Under the pieces are notes generated by a model. That model was not told where the DNA came from. It saw nothing but the letters and a program-made list of their open reading frames with translations, and made no database searches. Positions 17,097-32,774 of a stretch of 64,000 nucleotides of DNA are shown one piece after another. Position 1 is the first letter of the stretch; every line of letters begins with the position of its first letter. Source of the stretch: the human T2T-CHM13v2.0 reference genome, Homo sapiens. A program made the translations under genes and the position numbers. Location: the NCBI RefSeq assembly GCF_009914755.1, contig NC_060927.1, one strand, 5' to 3'.

Positions 17097-20000
17097 TGTG
17101 CAAGGTGGCCTGGAGAGACAGCCCTGGGAGGGCTGTGGCCCCAGCTAAGGCAGGAGGAGGGCTCAATCAGCCATCTGTCACCTCACCACAAAGAGGACAG
17201 AAGGCCCTGTGCCCCCTCCCACCCAGACCCTCACACTGCCACTGTGTGCTGAGCCTGTCCCTGCCCCACTGTTCCCTCAGCCCTGGTCCCAACCTCACTG
17301 TGACCTTGGGCAATTTCCAACCCTCACAGCCTCCATGGAAGAGCAGGGCCCCAGGGTCTCTCAGCCAGAAGATCTACCAGTCCTAAATCCACACTTCTTT
17401 TTGCAGAGCCCAGCAAAACTGGGCAAGACAGGCCTGCACCCCTCAGGAGGGCTGTGTCTACCGTGGTAGTACAGCTGAGCGGCCTGATTTCAGCATTTTT
17501 AAACAAAGCCTCCAGATGGACTTTGTCTGCCTGCTGGGGAGGGCTGGGCAGCTGCTGCACTCAGGGACTTTCCTCTAATTGGATCCCCTGGAAAGGAGAA
17601 CAGCCCCAATCCCAGCCAGCCCATCCATCCATCCATTCATTCATTCCTTGAGAACCCATCATGTGAATCAGGGCCCTGAGCTGGGGTCTGGGTGAGCAGG
17701 AAGAGGAAGGGCTGCACAGATGGCGCACACACTTGGGCGGGGAGACCCACGGTCCTAGGCAGGCAGGGATCCGAAGCATCATGTGGAAGGCAGAGATCCA
17801 AAGCATCATGCAGGAGGCAGAGTTAAGCAGGGTGGAGCGACCGAGCAAGTGCTTCTCCGAGGAGGTAACATTTAAGCTGAGGCCTGAATGGAAAAATGGA
17901 GCCAGCCACACCACAGTCTGGGGAGGTGCTCCCAGAGGAGGGGACTGCAAGTGCAAAGGCCAAGAGACCAGTAGGAATGGGGGCTGTTTAAGGACCAGCA
18001 CCGGAGAAGGGGGAGGTCAGGATTTCAGCGGGTGCCTCTCAGGCAGGGCCTGTGTCTGTGGCAGGAATAATCTATATTTTACACCATGTGCGCTCGGAGG
18101 AGGCTGCTTCAAGCCTGCTGGAGCCGCTCCCTCTGCTGTGGTGGGGACTAATGATACCACTCGTCTGTGCACAGCCGCTTTATTATTACTTATTGGCCCA
18201 CATGATCCTCCACCAGGAGGAACTGTTAGGCTTATTTAATGGATCAGGAAACTGAGGTTCCGAACAACAAGCAGAGCTGGATTTGAGCAGAAACAGCCAT
18301 TCCAGCTGAATTCAGCCCTTAGAACTAGTTTGTTTTACCTGTATAGCTTTGAAAATTTGAATCCGTTGCCAACTCTACAACATTGGGAGCCTTCACGTCG
18401 AAGATGTTTTGGCTTTCGGCATCTCTTCAACAGTCTGTGGCACTGGCTATGGCAGTGTGAGCCCTGGCTCTGCACGGGGTTGTCTGCAGATGCCCCTTCA
18501 AACCAGGGGTCACAGCCCCCACTCTCCGAATCCCATGCCCCTCTGGTGTCCTGCCCTGCTCCCCCAGCACCTGAGTTTGCCACCTGGGCCACCTCTGCTT
18601 GAGGTGGGCTTGAGCCCACCTGCTGTGGTGAGCCCGTCTTGCTTAGCTGACAAGGGACACATACACTAGAGAGTCTCTGAGGGAACAAACAATCCTCCCG
18701 CACCACTCCCCACCCCGATTCCACGACTGTCTCCTCAGTTTCCTGCCACCAGACCTGAGACTCCCAACTGCAACTTTCAAGATGTGAATGAATTCAGAGA
18801 CCCTAAGAGCCAGAGACCATGGATGGGGCTATCCTCCAAGGGGAAACTGAGGCCAGTGGGGTTCGGGGCCGGCCAGCTAGTCACTCCTGGGGCTTCTGGA
18901 GACATGCTGTGAAGAAGCACATTCTTCCCTTCACCTTGGGGCTCGGAGCCCCAGCTCTGCCTCCATTTAGCTGTGACACTTGGGCAGCAGGCCTCAGTTT
19001 CCCCAACTGTTCACTGACAGAATCACTGTGAAGTTCATGGGGGCTTCTCGGCTCACGTACCCATTGTCTCAGGAGAGGAGCAGCTTGTCTCTCTGGGTTC
19101 AAACTCAGCCTCCACTTTTAGCTATGTAACCTTGGGCAGGTAGCTTAATCTCTCTGAAGCTTGGCTTCTTCATCCAAAAAAGGAGACGCATTATTGGGAT
19201 TATTATGAGATTCCAGGAGATGATTCAAGAAAAGCCCTTAGCACAGAGCAAGTGCTCAGCAAATGTGAGCAAGAGCAGGGAGTTGTGAGCTGACCCGTGT
19301 CCCCTCCCCAAGGGCTTAGGCCAAGGTCACGACCAACAGGCCAGCGTCCCAGAGAAGGCCAGGCTCTAGGCCTCCTCATCCAGAGTCCACTTGGCCGAGT
19401 GGTATAGTCCCAGACTGAGGTCACCCTCCACTCCCATGTCACTGAGTCCCTGCCATGTGCCAGGCAGCCCTGTCAGTGCTGGAGGGAGGTCCCGTGGAGA
19501 CAGAGACTGGGAGGGTGCTGCCCTGAAGTTCTAGGGGGAAAAAGGAAGGAATAAATAGGGGAGTGGAACAGAAACATCCAGGGAGGAATTGGGACTACTT
19601 GGTCCATCGGGGGGAGAGAGAATTTTGGGCCATCAGGAGAGGTTGAGGGGCATTGCCAGGGAAGGGCTTTCCAGGCAAGGGAGCCACACGTGCTGGGGCA
19701 GGAGGCAGGCACAACCCTGAGGCCTTGTGGATAGCAGGAAGGCTGTTGTGCCCGCTGCAAGAGGAGAGGAGGGGAGAGGGGAGCCGCGGTGTCAGCTGGG
19801 CGGCAGGGCATTCATGGGGATTCTATTTTAAGGTGACAGGAGCCCTGGAGGGTTTGAAGCCAGCTCGGTGGTGGGCTTTCCATTCCACACCAAGGCCAGC
19901 GGCAGGCTCAGCTCAAACCCTGAGAGTCTGGCTCCAAACAGCTCCAGGCAAGAAAATGAAGCTCGGAGGGGAACTCAGGAGGGAAGGATTGGGGTTGGGA

Positions 20001-20199
20001 AGGTGGTGCGACTGGGGAGGGAGGGGCACAGGCTGTGGTCAATGGGTGCGGTCTGAGGCTGGGGGTGCGAGCTGGGGTCTGGAGGTGAGACACGGACTGG
20101 GTGCTGGAGAGGGGACATAAGCTGGGGTACTCAGGAGGGGTCAAGGGAGGAGGGACGGAGCTGGGGCAAGGACTGGGTCCGGGGGAGGGGTAGGGGAGT

Positions 20200-20920
20200 A
20201 AGCCAGGCGGTGTTGGCGCAGCTCAGAGCAGACGCACAGCCCGGGGCTGGGCAGCAGGGCAGGCGCTGCCCAGCCCCTCCGAAAGGCGCAACTGAGAGGG
20301 GCCTGCGGCAGTCCGGAGGCGCCCCCTCCTCTTCCCCTCCTCCTCCTTTCCCTCCCCTCCTCTTCCTTCCCCTCCCCTCCTACTCCAACCCCTCCTCTCC
20401 CCTCCTCTCGCTGCCTTCCCCTTTCTTTTACTCTCCCCTCACCTCCCCTCTCCTCCCCTCTTTCTCCTTCCTCTCCCCTCCCCTTGCTGTCCTCCCGTCC
20501 CTTTCCCTACCCTCCCCTCCCCTCCCCTCCGCCCCCCTCCCCTTCCGGAGCCCGGCCCAGCGCGCCGCCATGCCTGGTGCCGCACCGCCCCCTGGTGCCC
20601 ACGTCAAGCATGGCGCGGAGCGACTGCACTGTGCCCGGGCTGCACTGGGGGCGAGAGGCCAGGGAGCCCCTACGGCCTCCAGAGGCCGGGCGTTGGGGGG
20701 GCCGCAGAACGTCGGGGACTCCCTTGGGACCCACGCTCAGCTCCGCCCTGCCCGCACTCGGCTGGGTCCTTGGGGCCCCTCCCCTCTCTGGATCTCGCTT
20801 CACAGCCAAGATCACCAGCTGGGAGTGGCCAAGGTCACCAGCTGGGAGTGGCCGACCCAGCGCCAGGCGCCGTCCCGCAGCGCTGTCCCCGTCCCCGCAG
20901 GCCAGCAGGCTGCACGACTG
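20200..20920. promoter_or_regulatory. Orphan CpG island with a ~220-bp polypyrimidine tract (20325-20545)
   Basis: Sharp rise in CpG density ~25 kb from TPRA1; no recognisable gene attached. Confidence 0.75.
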
Positions 20921-21121
20921 TCTGAGCCTCAGTGTCCTCATCTGTAACACGGGCATCATCATATCCCCAGCTTCAATCTTCACGTCTCAAACCATTGAAA
21001 TCTCAGCAGTAAGAATCCAAGTATCCAAGTGCCAAATTCTCCATCAATGTCTACATAGTTTTGGTTTAAGTCTGTCTTTTCATGCATTTCCTTTTAGCAC
21101 TGGAATGAAGTTCAAGCAACA

Positions 21122-21438
21122 GGCCGGTCACGGTGGCTCATGCCTGTATTTCCACCACTTTGGGAAGCCAAGAAGGGCGGATCACTTGAGCCCAGAAGTT
21201 CGAGACCAGCCTGGGTAACACAGGGAAACCCCATCTCTACAAAAAATTTTTAAAAATTAGCCTGACTTGGTGGCGCACACCTGTAGTTCCAGCTACTGAG
21301 GAGGCTGAGGCGGGAGGATCGGGAGGATCGCTTGAGCACAGGAGGTCGAGGCTGCAGTGAGCCGTGATCACACCACTGCGCTCCAGCCGGGGCAGCAGAG
21401 CAAGACCCTGTCTAAAAAAAAAAAAAAAAAAAAAAAAA
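21122..21438 (+). mobile_element. AluJ
   Basis: Full dimer with long A-tail. Confidence 0.92.
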
Positions 21439-21481
21439 ACAGACACACAAGCGACAGTGAACCTCAGAGGCTGGCATATAA

Positions 21482-21860
<379 letters not shown>

Positions 21861-21961
21861 CAGAAACTATCTTTAAGCTAAAAATGCACTTAAAGAAAAA
21901 GGAAAAGTCAAAAGACAAATGAGAAACTGGGGAAAATGTTTGAAACTCATTACAAAAGTCT

Positions 21962-22186
21962 AGCACAGGGTCAGCAGGCTGTTTGTGTAAAGGGCTGTGT
22001 AGTGAGTACTTTCAGCTTTGCAGACCATGAGGGTATCTGTGGCAACTGTTCAGCTCTGCTGTGGTGGCAGAAGGCAACCACAGACAGTGAGTGCAGCTCT
22101 GTTCCAGTAGAATTTTATTTACAAAAAAATTTAAAAGGCAGTGGGCCCAATTTATCCCACAGGCAACAGTTTGCCAATCCCTGGTC
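21962..22186. mobile_element. hAT-Charlie MITE (MER58A-like) inside an old L1M 3' fragment
   Basis: cagggtcagc...tgtaaagggc...cagtttgccaatccctg termini. Confidence 0.65.
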
Positions 22187-22400
22187 TAACCTAATACATT
22201 AAAAGCTTCTAGAAATCTAGAAAAGACAACCCCCCCCAAAATTGGCAGAAAACTTGAATAGACAGTTTACAGAAAACTCAAAAGGCCCCTAAATGTATGA
22301 CAAATGTCCAACTCCACACATGATAACAGAAATGGAAATTAATGACATCAAGTTACCATTTCTCACCTATCAGAACAGCAAAGAATTCTAGTGCTGCCGA

Positions 22401-22436
<36 letters not shown>

Positions 22437-24199
22437 CAGGTCCTTCCACATTGCCATGAGAGTCAAGGGAACACCCTCTGGAGGGGAAGCTGTCCATAGA
22501 AAGGGCTGTCATATTTACCATGTGACCCTGCAACCCTACCTCTGAGCATGGGTCTTGCAAACATCCTGGGCACCACGAAATGATGCGTCCTCACAGTTCC
22601 ACCACGGGAGGCACTGCTGCCGTTTGTAATCATGAAAATATTGGAAACAACCCATCTAGGAGCTGGTTAGACAAACTCTGCTTTGGGCACACAGTGGAAT
22701 ACCGCACAGTTGTTGAAGACAGTGAGGAGGCTCCGTGGGCTGATAGGAAAATTCCACATGCTGTTGGGAAACAGGTCCTTCCACATTGCTGTGAGACTCA
22801 CCACTACCGCTAGATCCCAGGGCCCAGAACAGTCCTGGCACATAATGGATATCCAATAAATACATGAATGAATGAATGAATGAATGAATGAATGAAGAAT
22901 CTGCACACTCTAACACTTAGGGACGAGCCAAGAGAGGCTGCATTCCCTGGGCCATGCTAGTAGATGTTAGCAGAAAAACAAACATGCAGAACCACGCACA
23001 CAGTATAAGGCTTTTGTGTAGGAATGGGGTGGAGAAATAAGAATGTCTATTTGTATATGTTTGTGTAAAGAAACATTAAAAGGATCCATAAGAAATCAGT
23101 ACAAGTGGTCACCTGTCTGGGGCATGGGGTGGTCAGGAACAGGAAGGAGAGAAAGAATTCTCAATATACATCACTGTAACTTTTTAAGCCCCGTGAGAAT
23201 ATATTTCCTATTCAGAAATTTAAAATTTTTTAAATCAATGTACATGGCTCTGACAAGGAGTGAGGAAAGAAGCCAAATACAGAAGGATATATATAGAATG
23301 CTACAGTTTGTGTGGGAAAGGCATTTCCTTACGTGTGGAATATCTCTGGAAGGATTACAATCCCCCACTCAAGTGCTGGCAGTGATGGCCTCCAGGGGGA
23401 ACGTGGGGCCAGGGGTTGGAGAGAGACTCACCTTTGACTGCTGATCCTTTTGGATGGTTGGTTGGTTTTTGTTTTTGTTTTTTACCATATGCGTGCTTTG
23501 AGATTTTCAAATCAAAAGAAAAAGAGATGAAAAGCAAGTGGGTGAAAGCCCATGGCTGTTATAATAACACAGCAGCTCCCCCGACAGCGTTCCGAGGGTG
23601 TTGGCTGCATTAAGTCACCTAGCACGCTCTCTGTGGGTACCATCACCAGCTCCACTTTATGGCTGAGGAAGCTGAGCTGCAGAGCAGTGAGGTGGCCTGC
23701 CCAGCATCACACAGGGTGAGCACACCCCCAGCAAGTCCCCATGGCCAGCAGCTGGAAAACACCGTTGCAGCCCAACACTGTTCAAAGCAGGGATTTCCTC
23801 TATGAAACCCTCTCGACTGGTTGCCCAGCCTATGCTCAAATTCCTCCCAGAATAGGAAGCTCACCTCCTTACAGGGAGGGCATTCCATGGTCAGATGTTT
23901 GGGTCAAAAGCCCCTCCTCACACTCAGTGGCAACGGGCCTGCCTGCCCCGGCTCTGTCCTGGGAGCCCATCTAATTGCTCCACCAGGGAAAGCCATGTGG
24001 GCACGTGGCTGGGGCACCTGGGGCTATTCTTCATTCTGAGCAGTCCTGGCTACTGCAGTTGCCCCTGCTGAGCGATTCAGGTCCCTTCCTCTCTGAGTCA
24101 ATATGGATCCACAGGTCCCCTTTTGTTAGACTGTTGTGAACTTCACAGGGGCGGTGCTAGCACACACGGAGGCCCCGCTGATCTCCCCTAACTCTTCTC

Positions 24200-24606
24200 C
24201 ATTTTAATCTTTGGTCTTATGCACATCAGCCCAGCCTGGACATACCCCAGGGCCTTTGCCCTTGCTGTCCCCTCTGCCTGGAAAGCTCTTATTATGCCTG
24301 CATCTCCCCAGGCTTCAGCTTCTTAGCAGGAATGTAACCTCCATAGAGAGGCCTTCACCCACTACTCTTGCTAACATGTCTCCCCGCCATTCCCTTTCTC
24401 ATTCCCATTTCAATCTGGAATCGTCTTGCTTCTTTGTTTCTTTGTTTGTCATCTGTTTCCCTTAGTAGAATATAAACTCCAGAGGACAAGGGCTCTATTC
24501 CATTCACCGCTATCGCTAGATCCCAGTGCCCAGAACAGTCCTGGCACATAATGGGTATCCCATAAATACATGAATGAATGAATGAATGAATGAATGAATG
24601 AATGAA
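24200..24606 (+). mobile_element. L2 3' end with (TGAA)n tail
   Basis: cagggcctttgcccttgctgtcccctctgcctggaa...cctggcacataat...aaatacatgaatgaatg. Confidence 0.8.
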
Positions 24607-25745
24607 GAATCTGCACACTGTAGCACATAGCAGTGAGCCAGGAGAGGCTGCATTCCCTGGGCCATAGATCTACGAGTCCATCTCAGAGCAGCCCCCACAC
24701 AGCCACTGTTACAAGCCCTGCACTTTAGCCCTCTCCTCTCCCATCCACCATCCAGGGCAGAGGTGAAGCCAGGAGGCCATCTTCCCAGAGAAATATCAGA
24801 GCTCTAAATTCAATTTAAAACAGTTTAATTGCCTAATTGCTCAGCTCTTCGGTGCAGTTTGTTAACAGAAGTGATTCTGCAGCAGCCAGACCAGCCTAGC
24901 AGAAAATTGGCATTTCAGCCAGAGGGAATTAAAGAGGCAGAGCACAGAACTGCCACTGCTCCCAGCTGCCCCCATACCCCCTACTCCACCACCCCCAGCC
25001 ATGTGTGAGGCCTGACTCCCTGAAGGACTTGCTTGAATCTCTGTTGACATGCCCATAGGTATGAGGGTGCAGGGTGTTGTTTGTGTTTGGGGATGAGCAG
25101 CTGTTCCGCCAGCATGTTTGGACGTCTCAGCCATGTGCTTACCTAAGCATGTCTGTGCTTTCCTTTTCTTCATTTTTAATTTAGGCTTTCAAAGGAAAAA
25201 CACATGCAAATAATGCAAAAAAAAATTTTCATTCAAGATTTAAACAGGTTTACATCTACAATGAGCCCCTCTTCCCCCAGCGCTGATTCCAGACCACCAG
25301 TTCCCTTCCCCAGGGACAAACACCGCTATCGGTTTCCTATGGGTCCTTCCAGAGACAGTTTATGTTTACATGTGCATAAAATTGTTTCTATGCAAATGAT
25401 TACATACTATAAACATTATGCTGCTGTTGGTGGTGGTGGTGGTTTTGACAATACATCTCGGAGACTCTTACTAACCAGAGCTTATCTAGACATTCCTCAA
25501 TCTTTGGAACAGTTGCATAGCAATTCCATTGAAAGACTGTACTTTGATTTCTTAATCAATCCCCTATTGCTAGACATATAAGTTACTTCCAACCTCATGC
25601 TTTTATAACCCACATAGCAATCTCAATCTTTATCCATACTTCAAGTTTGTATATATGGAGGTATATGTGTATAGAATTCCTATTCCTTTCAAAATCAATC
25701 CCTTCCCTTCCTTTCCCTTCCCTTTTTTTCCTACCCAGAAAGCAA

Positions 25746-26050
25746 TTTTTTTTTTTTTTTTTGAGATAGAGTCTCACTCTGTGGTCCAGGCTGGAGTTCA
25801 GGAGTGCAATGGTGCAATCTTGGCTCACTGCAACCTCCACCTCCCAGGTTCAAGTGATTCTCTTGCCTCAGCCTCCTGAGTAGCTGGGACTACGAGTGCA
25901 CACCACCATGCCCAGCTAATTTTTTGTATTTTTAGTAGAGACGGGGTTTCGCCATGTTGGCCAGGCTGGTCTCAAACTCCCCTCAAGTGATCCGCCAGCC
26001 TCAGCCTCCCAAAGTGCTGAGATTACAGGCATGAGCCACTGTGCCTGGCC
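25746..26050 (-). mobile_element. AluS
   Basis: Antisense full Alu; TSD cccagaaagcaatt. Confidence 0.92.
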
Positions 26051-26125
26051 CCAGAAAGCAATTCTTGATTCCCTTACAGGAAAAGAAAGAATGCCACAAT
26101 CCCACCGACTCAAAAGCAACTAGAA

Positions 26126-26472
<347 letters not shown>

Positions 26473-26848
26473 TCAGCCCCTCTTCCAAGCTGCTTCTGAC
26501 TTCTATCTTACCCAAATGGGCTCATACCATTCAGATTATTTTTCAAGCTGCTTTTTGTTGCACTCAACAATAAATGACACTCATCTTCTGTGTAAACAGC
26601 TCCGTACTTCCTCTTGAGGGCTGAATAGCATGCCACTGTGCCCTCCAACGACAGCGGACTTCAGCACCCCTTATTAGAATCTAGATTGTTGCCAGCTTTT
26701 TATTATTACAAACAGCACTGCAGGGATATTCCTTGCATCTGAGTCTTGGTACACATCCTTAGTTCTCTCCTAAGAATAGCTTCCCAGAAACGGAATTTTT
26801 AGGTCAAAGGGCGTGTACTTTTTTTGCAGCACAAGTTTAAACCATTTG

Positions 26849-26897
<49 letters not shown>

Positions 26898-28914
26898 CTT
26901 CTGTCTTGTGTCTGTGGGCCTGAGCCTGTGGTTCCTGCAGGTCCCAGTGCAAATCTGTCATGTGTTTTTGCATAAAGGGAATGCATGTGTGCTTTCTCTT
27001 CAACCTTAGTCTCTAAAACTACTCAGCTCTGCCCCTCCTCTGCATAGTAGCCAGGGACATCCGGGAGTGTTTCTGAGCCTGCATGGTCTTTCTTCCTCTG
27101 GGCACAACCATGGGAGAGGTTGCAGGCCTCACTCTGGTCCCTGAACCAAGCCAACTCTCCTCTGCCCTGGAACCTCCTGTAGCCAGAGTCAGAAACCCGT
27201 CCTAAATTGGCTTCACAGCACAGGAGGATTTTGAGTCATTGTGAAGTGCAGGACTCTGGGGCTAGGTGGATCCAGGTGTTGAAAGAAGTCCGTTCAGAAT
27301 TGATATCTGTCTCCTGGTTCTGGTCCCCAGATTGTGCCAGCTGACATCACATGTCCTTCCTGTGGCCATGGGACTGTGGTGCTTGCCAGCTAGCCTGTGT
27401 CGCAGGCCACCCACCTGTCCCCACCCTACCCAGATCTCCAGCTCCTCTCTGGAGCCACACCCTGCTCCCTGTGCCCCTGCCCCATCTGCTCATCTGCAGC
27501 CCACAGTTAAGAGGTCAGCAGACAGTGATGCTCATGTTTGCTTCATGCCTAGGATAACTGCAGTCTCAGAGAAGACCCCCAGAAACCCAAAATGCTTCCA
27601 GCCACAGAGGAGGAGAGCAGCTGGCAGCCAGAAGCATCCATTCCAAGTGAGAGACATCGAAGGGAACAAGGCTTAACCGCCTTGTCTTTGAACAGCACTA
27701 AATGATTCAGCAAAAGGGATGAGAGGAAACCTTTGGCCATGTCACGGGTTCACAGCCATCTGTATATGTTCCTATAGTCCTGCTTTGTACCTCCAGCCTA
27801 AATGATGGGGAGGTCGTTTGAAGATGAGACTGACCCTTCACTACATGTGCTGCTTCCAACCCCAGATTCCATCAGGCTGCACTTCTGAGATTCAGTGAAC
27901 TCCCACTCATCCTTCAAAACCCTATCTCAATGTCGCTGCCATAGCAAAGCCTTCCCTGGCCCCCTCGGGTAGGGAGGGTCTCTCTGCCCACTGGCAGGCC
28001 AAGAAGGCCAAGCTCTGCCCTCTGAGAATCCATCAGTGTCCCAAGCTGACTTTCCCTAGCCTCGTATCCCTTCATTCCATGAAAGGGGAACTTAGGGTGG
28101 AGTGGAAATTTTGATCACCTAAAGGAACAATAATTGCTTTCATTCATTCATTTAAACAATATGTATTGAGCACCTACCAAGGACCAGGCCTTGTGCTAAG
28201 TGCCCCCACAGAGGTCACAATAGTCATATACTACAAACAAATACAGCATCACAAAGGTTGGCGCATGAAGAGACAGCAGCTAAGGGCATGGTCCTGGAGC
28301 CAGAATGCCTGGATTTGAATCACAGCTCTACTACTTCCCAGCAGCTTGTTGAGCTTAGCCAAGTCTCTAAGCCCCTCTGAGCCTCAGCTTTATCACCTGT
28401 AAAATAGGGATAAAAGCAGCATCTGCCCTATTCATCTGTTCACAGGAATACATGGCCTATGGAGGGAAAGTACCCAGGCTCCTGAGTGGGCCCTCCTGGC
28501 CCACGGCAGAAGCCGTGTGCATGTCTGTTCAACAGATACCTTTGGTGGCCTGTATGTACCAGGCGCTTCTATTCTCTGCTGGTCAAGGAAGGCTCACGGT
28601 GGAATAGGATTTAGCCCCGGGAGAGACAGCAGGGGCATTCTAAAGACATCGACTAGCTGGCATCCTGTGCCAGGCATCCCAACCTTTTGCGCATCGCGGC
28701 TCACCTGGAAAAGACGTGGGGGTGAGGAAGGAGGTGCCACCTGCATGAGGCATGGCAGAAAAGCATGACATCACCTTTATAGTGCAAAGCTTGACAGGAA
28801 GAATAAGATACAAAGTACTTAAAGAAGATAATCGATATTGGATGTGTATTAAATTTCCAAGGAAAATATTTTTAAATATGTAAATTAATCTTGAGTTGGC
28901 TTCTACAAGCATAA

Positions 28915-29232
<318 letters not shown>

Positions 29233-29408
29233 CTTACAAGCATAAATTTTTTTATACCAATGTACCAGGTTTCATGCTTGAGCTGACTAAGCACAGTCCG
29301 GGATCAGGAATGTTTTTCAGGGGTCAGTCCTTTGGGTTCCTGACAGTCACCACTGATGAGAAGCGGCCGGGCAGGCAGTAGTGGATGAGGACCACCTGTG
29401 GCACTACA

Positions 29409-29427
29409 GAGAGCCCTCTGGTGGCAG
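29409..29427 (-). promoter_or_regulatory. CTCF core motif (CTGCCACCAGAGGGCTC)
   Basis: Near-consensus match. Confidence 0.6.
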
Positions 29428-30199
29428 GTGGGATGTCGACTGGGCACAGCTGCTGTGACTGAATCTGAAAGGTGACAGTGGTGCCAAAGTTACCTTCCAA
29501 TAAAATTTCAACTGTTGCACGTTTTTGAATGGTTGTGAAAAAATGATTTTGTAACTATAAAAATGTATAACTACAAAGAATCTGTAAGCTTCAATGGCTG
29601 GCAGGTTAGGGTTGGAAACCTGGGAGTTTGAGGGCTCCAGGGCCTGGGGTGCTGGGGCGTAGATGGGGAGGGAGGGGAGGAGCACATGGGGGCCATGCCA
29701 GAGGGGAGCCGAGGGAGGGGGCTGAGCCACCGAATAGATCTGTGTGTTTCAAAGGTCTCTGTGACTGAGTGTGCAAATGGAATAGGATGGGGCAGAATAG
29801 AAATGACAGTGTTGGCCTAGAGGAGAGGGAATGGCAGCGTGGACCAGGCTGGTGGAGGTGGGAAGGAACAGGTAGATCGAAGCTACATTTTGGAAGTAAA
29901 ATGCACAGGACTTGGTGACAGAATGGATATGGGGATGAGAGAGTAGGGGGTGTCAGGAGAATTTCCAAGGCCTGGCTCCTGGAACTGGGCAGGCAGGCAT
30001 CCCCTTTGGAGTGGTAGCAGAGCCGCTTTCCTTACCCAGAAGCCGGCTGGAGTGGGGGTGAGGGGTGTCACAGGTCAACGCACCTCCCAGTTTTCTGGGG
30101 ACAGTCCTGGTTTATACCTATCATCCCTGAATATGTACCTATTGCCCCTTCCACTCTCAAAAATGTCCCTGTTTTCCTCTGAATGATAAATAAAAATAA

Positions 30200-31980
<1,781 letters not shown>

Positions 31981-32774
31981 TTACCCCAAAAAGGTGTGCT
32001 GGTGATTTGAACAATAAATTATATGGCCATCCAAACCACAAATACTACAACACAGCCATCACACCCCTTTGACCAGACTCTGCTGGGGACTGGAAGGGAA
32101 TGGTCCCCAGAGTCCCTTTATATGATACTTGACATGGGAGATCAGGAAGAGAACACTCCCCTTTCCTACCCCAGGCCCCTTACCTATGCCCACCTGCCCC
32201 AGAGCTCTAGCACTTCCTGAGGATGCACTATACCCTCAGGCATTGCCAGCTGGAACATCTAATCAGGCCAGGCACGTTCAGGATGGAATGCTCTGACCAG
32301 CCAGCCCTGGTCAGAGCATTGGCCCTTCTAGCCATCAGTGTGGCCTATCTCAAGCTGCCCCGGGTTGGCATTCCTGGTCCTGGATCAGAATCTGTCTTCC
32401 CTGGGAGCCATCTCAGTGGCCTCAGCCCTGAGCCCCAGCCACACACCCCCAGCTATCGGGACTGTGCTGCTTGATTTCACTGTCAAACATCAGATATAGC
32501 CTCCCATCCTTCAGCATTCCCCACCCTACAGCACCCACCAATTCATTCATCCATCCATTCCTTTAACAAAATTGCTACTGAGCACTCAATAAGACCAGTC
32601 ACTATCCTAGGCACTGGGGAGAGAGCAGTAAACAAAGCATACCAAAATCCCTGCCTTCATGGAACTTACACAATAAGGGAGATCAACAAGAAACTGTGTT
32701 AACAAACAAGTTAGCACAGTTAATTTGTGAACAGGAGTCTCAGGGGTAAAACAACAGCAGGACTCTATAGTTAT

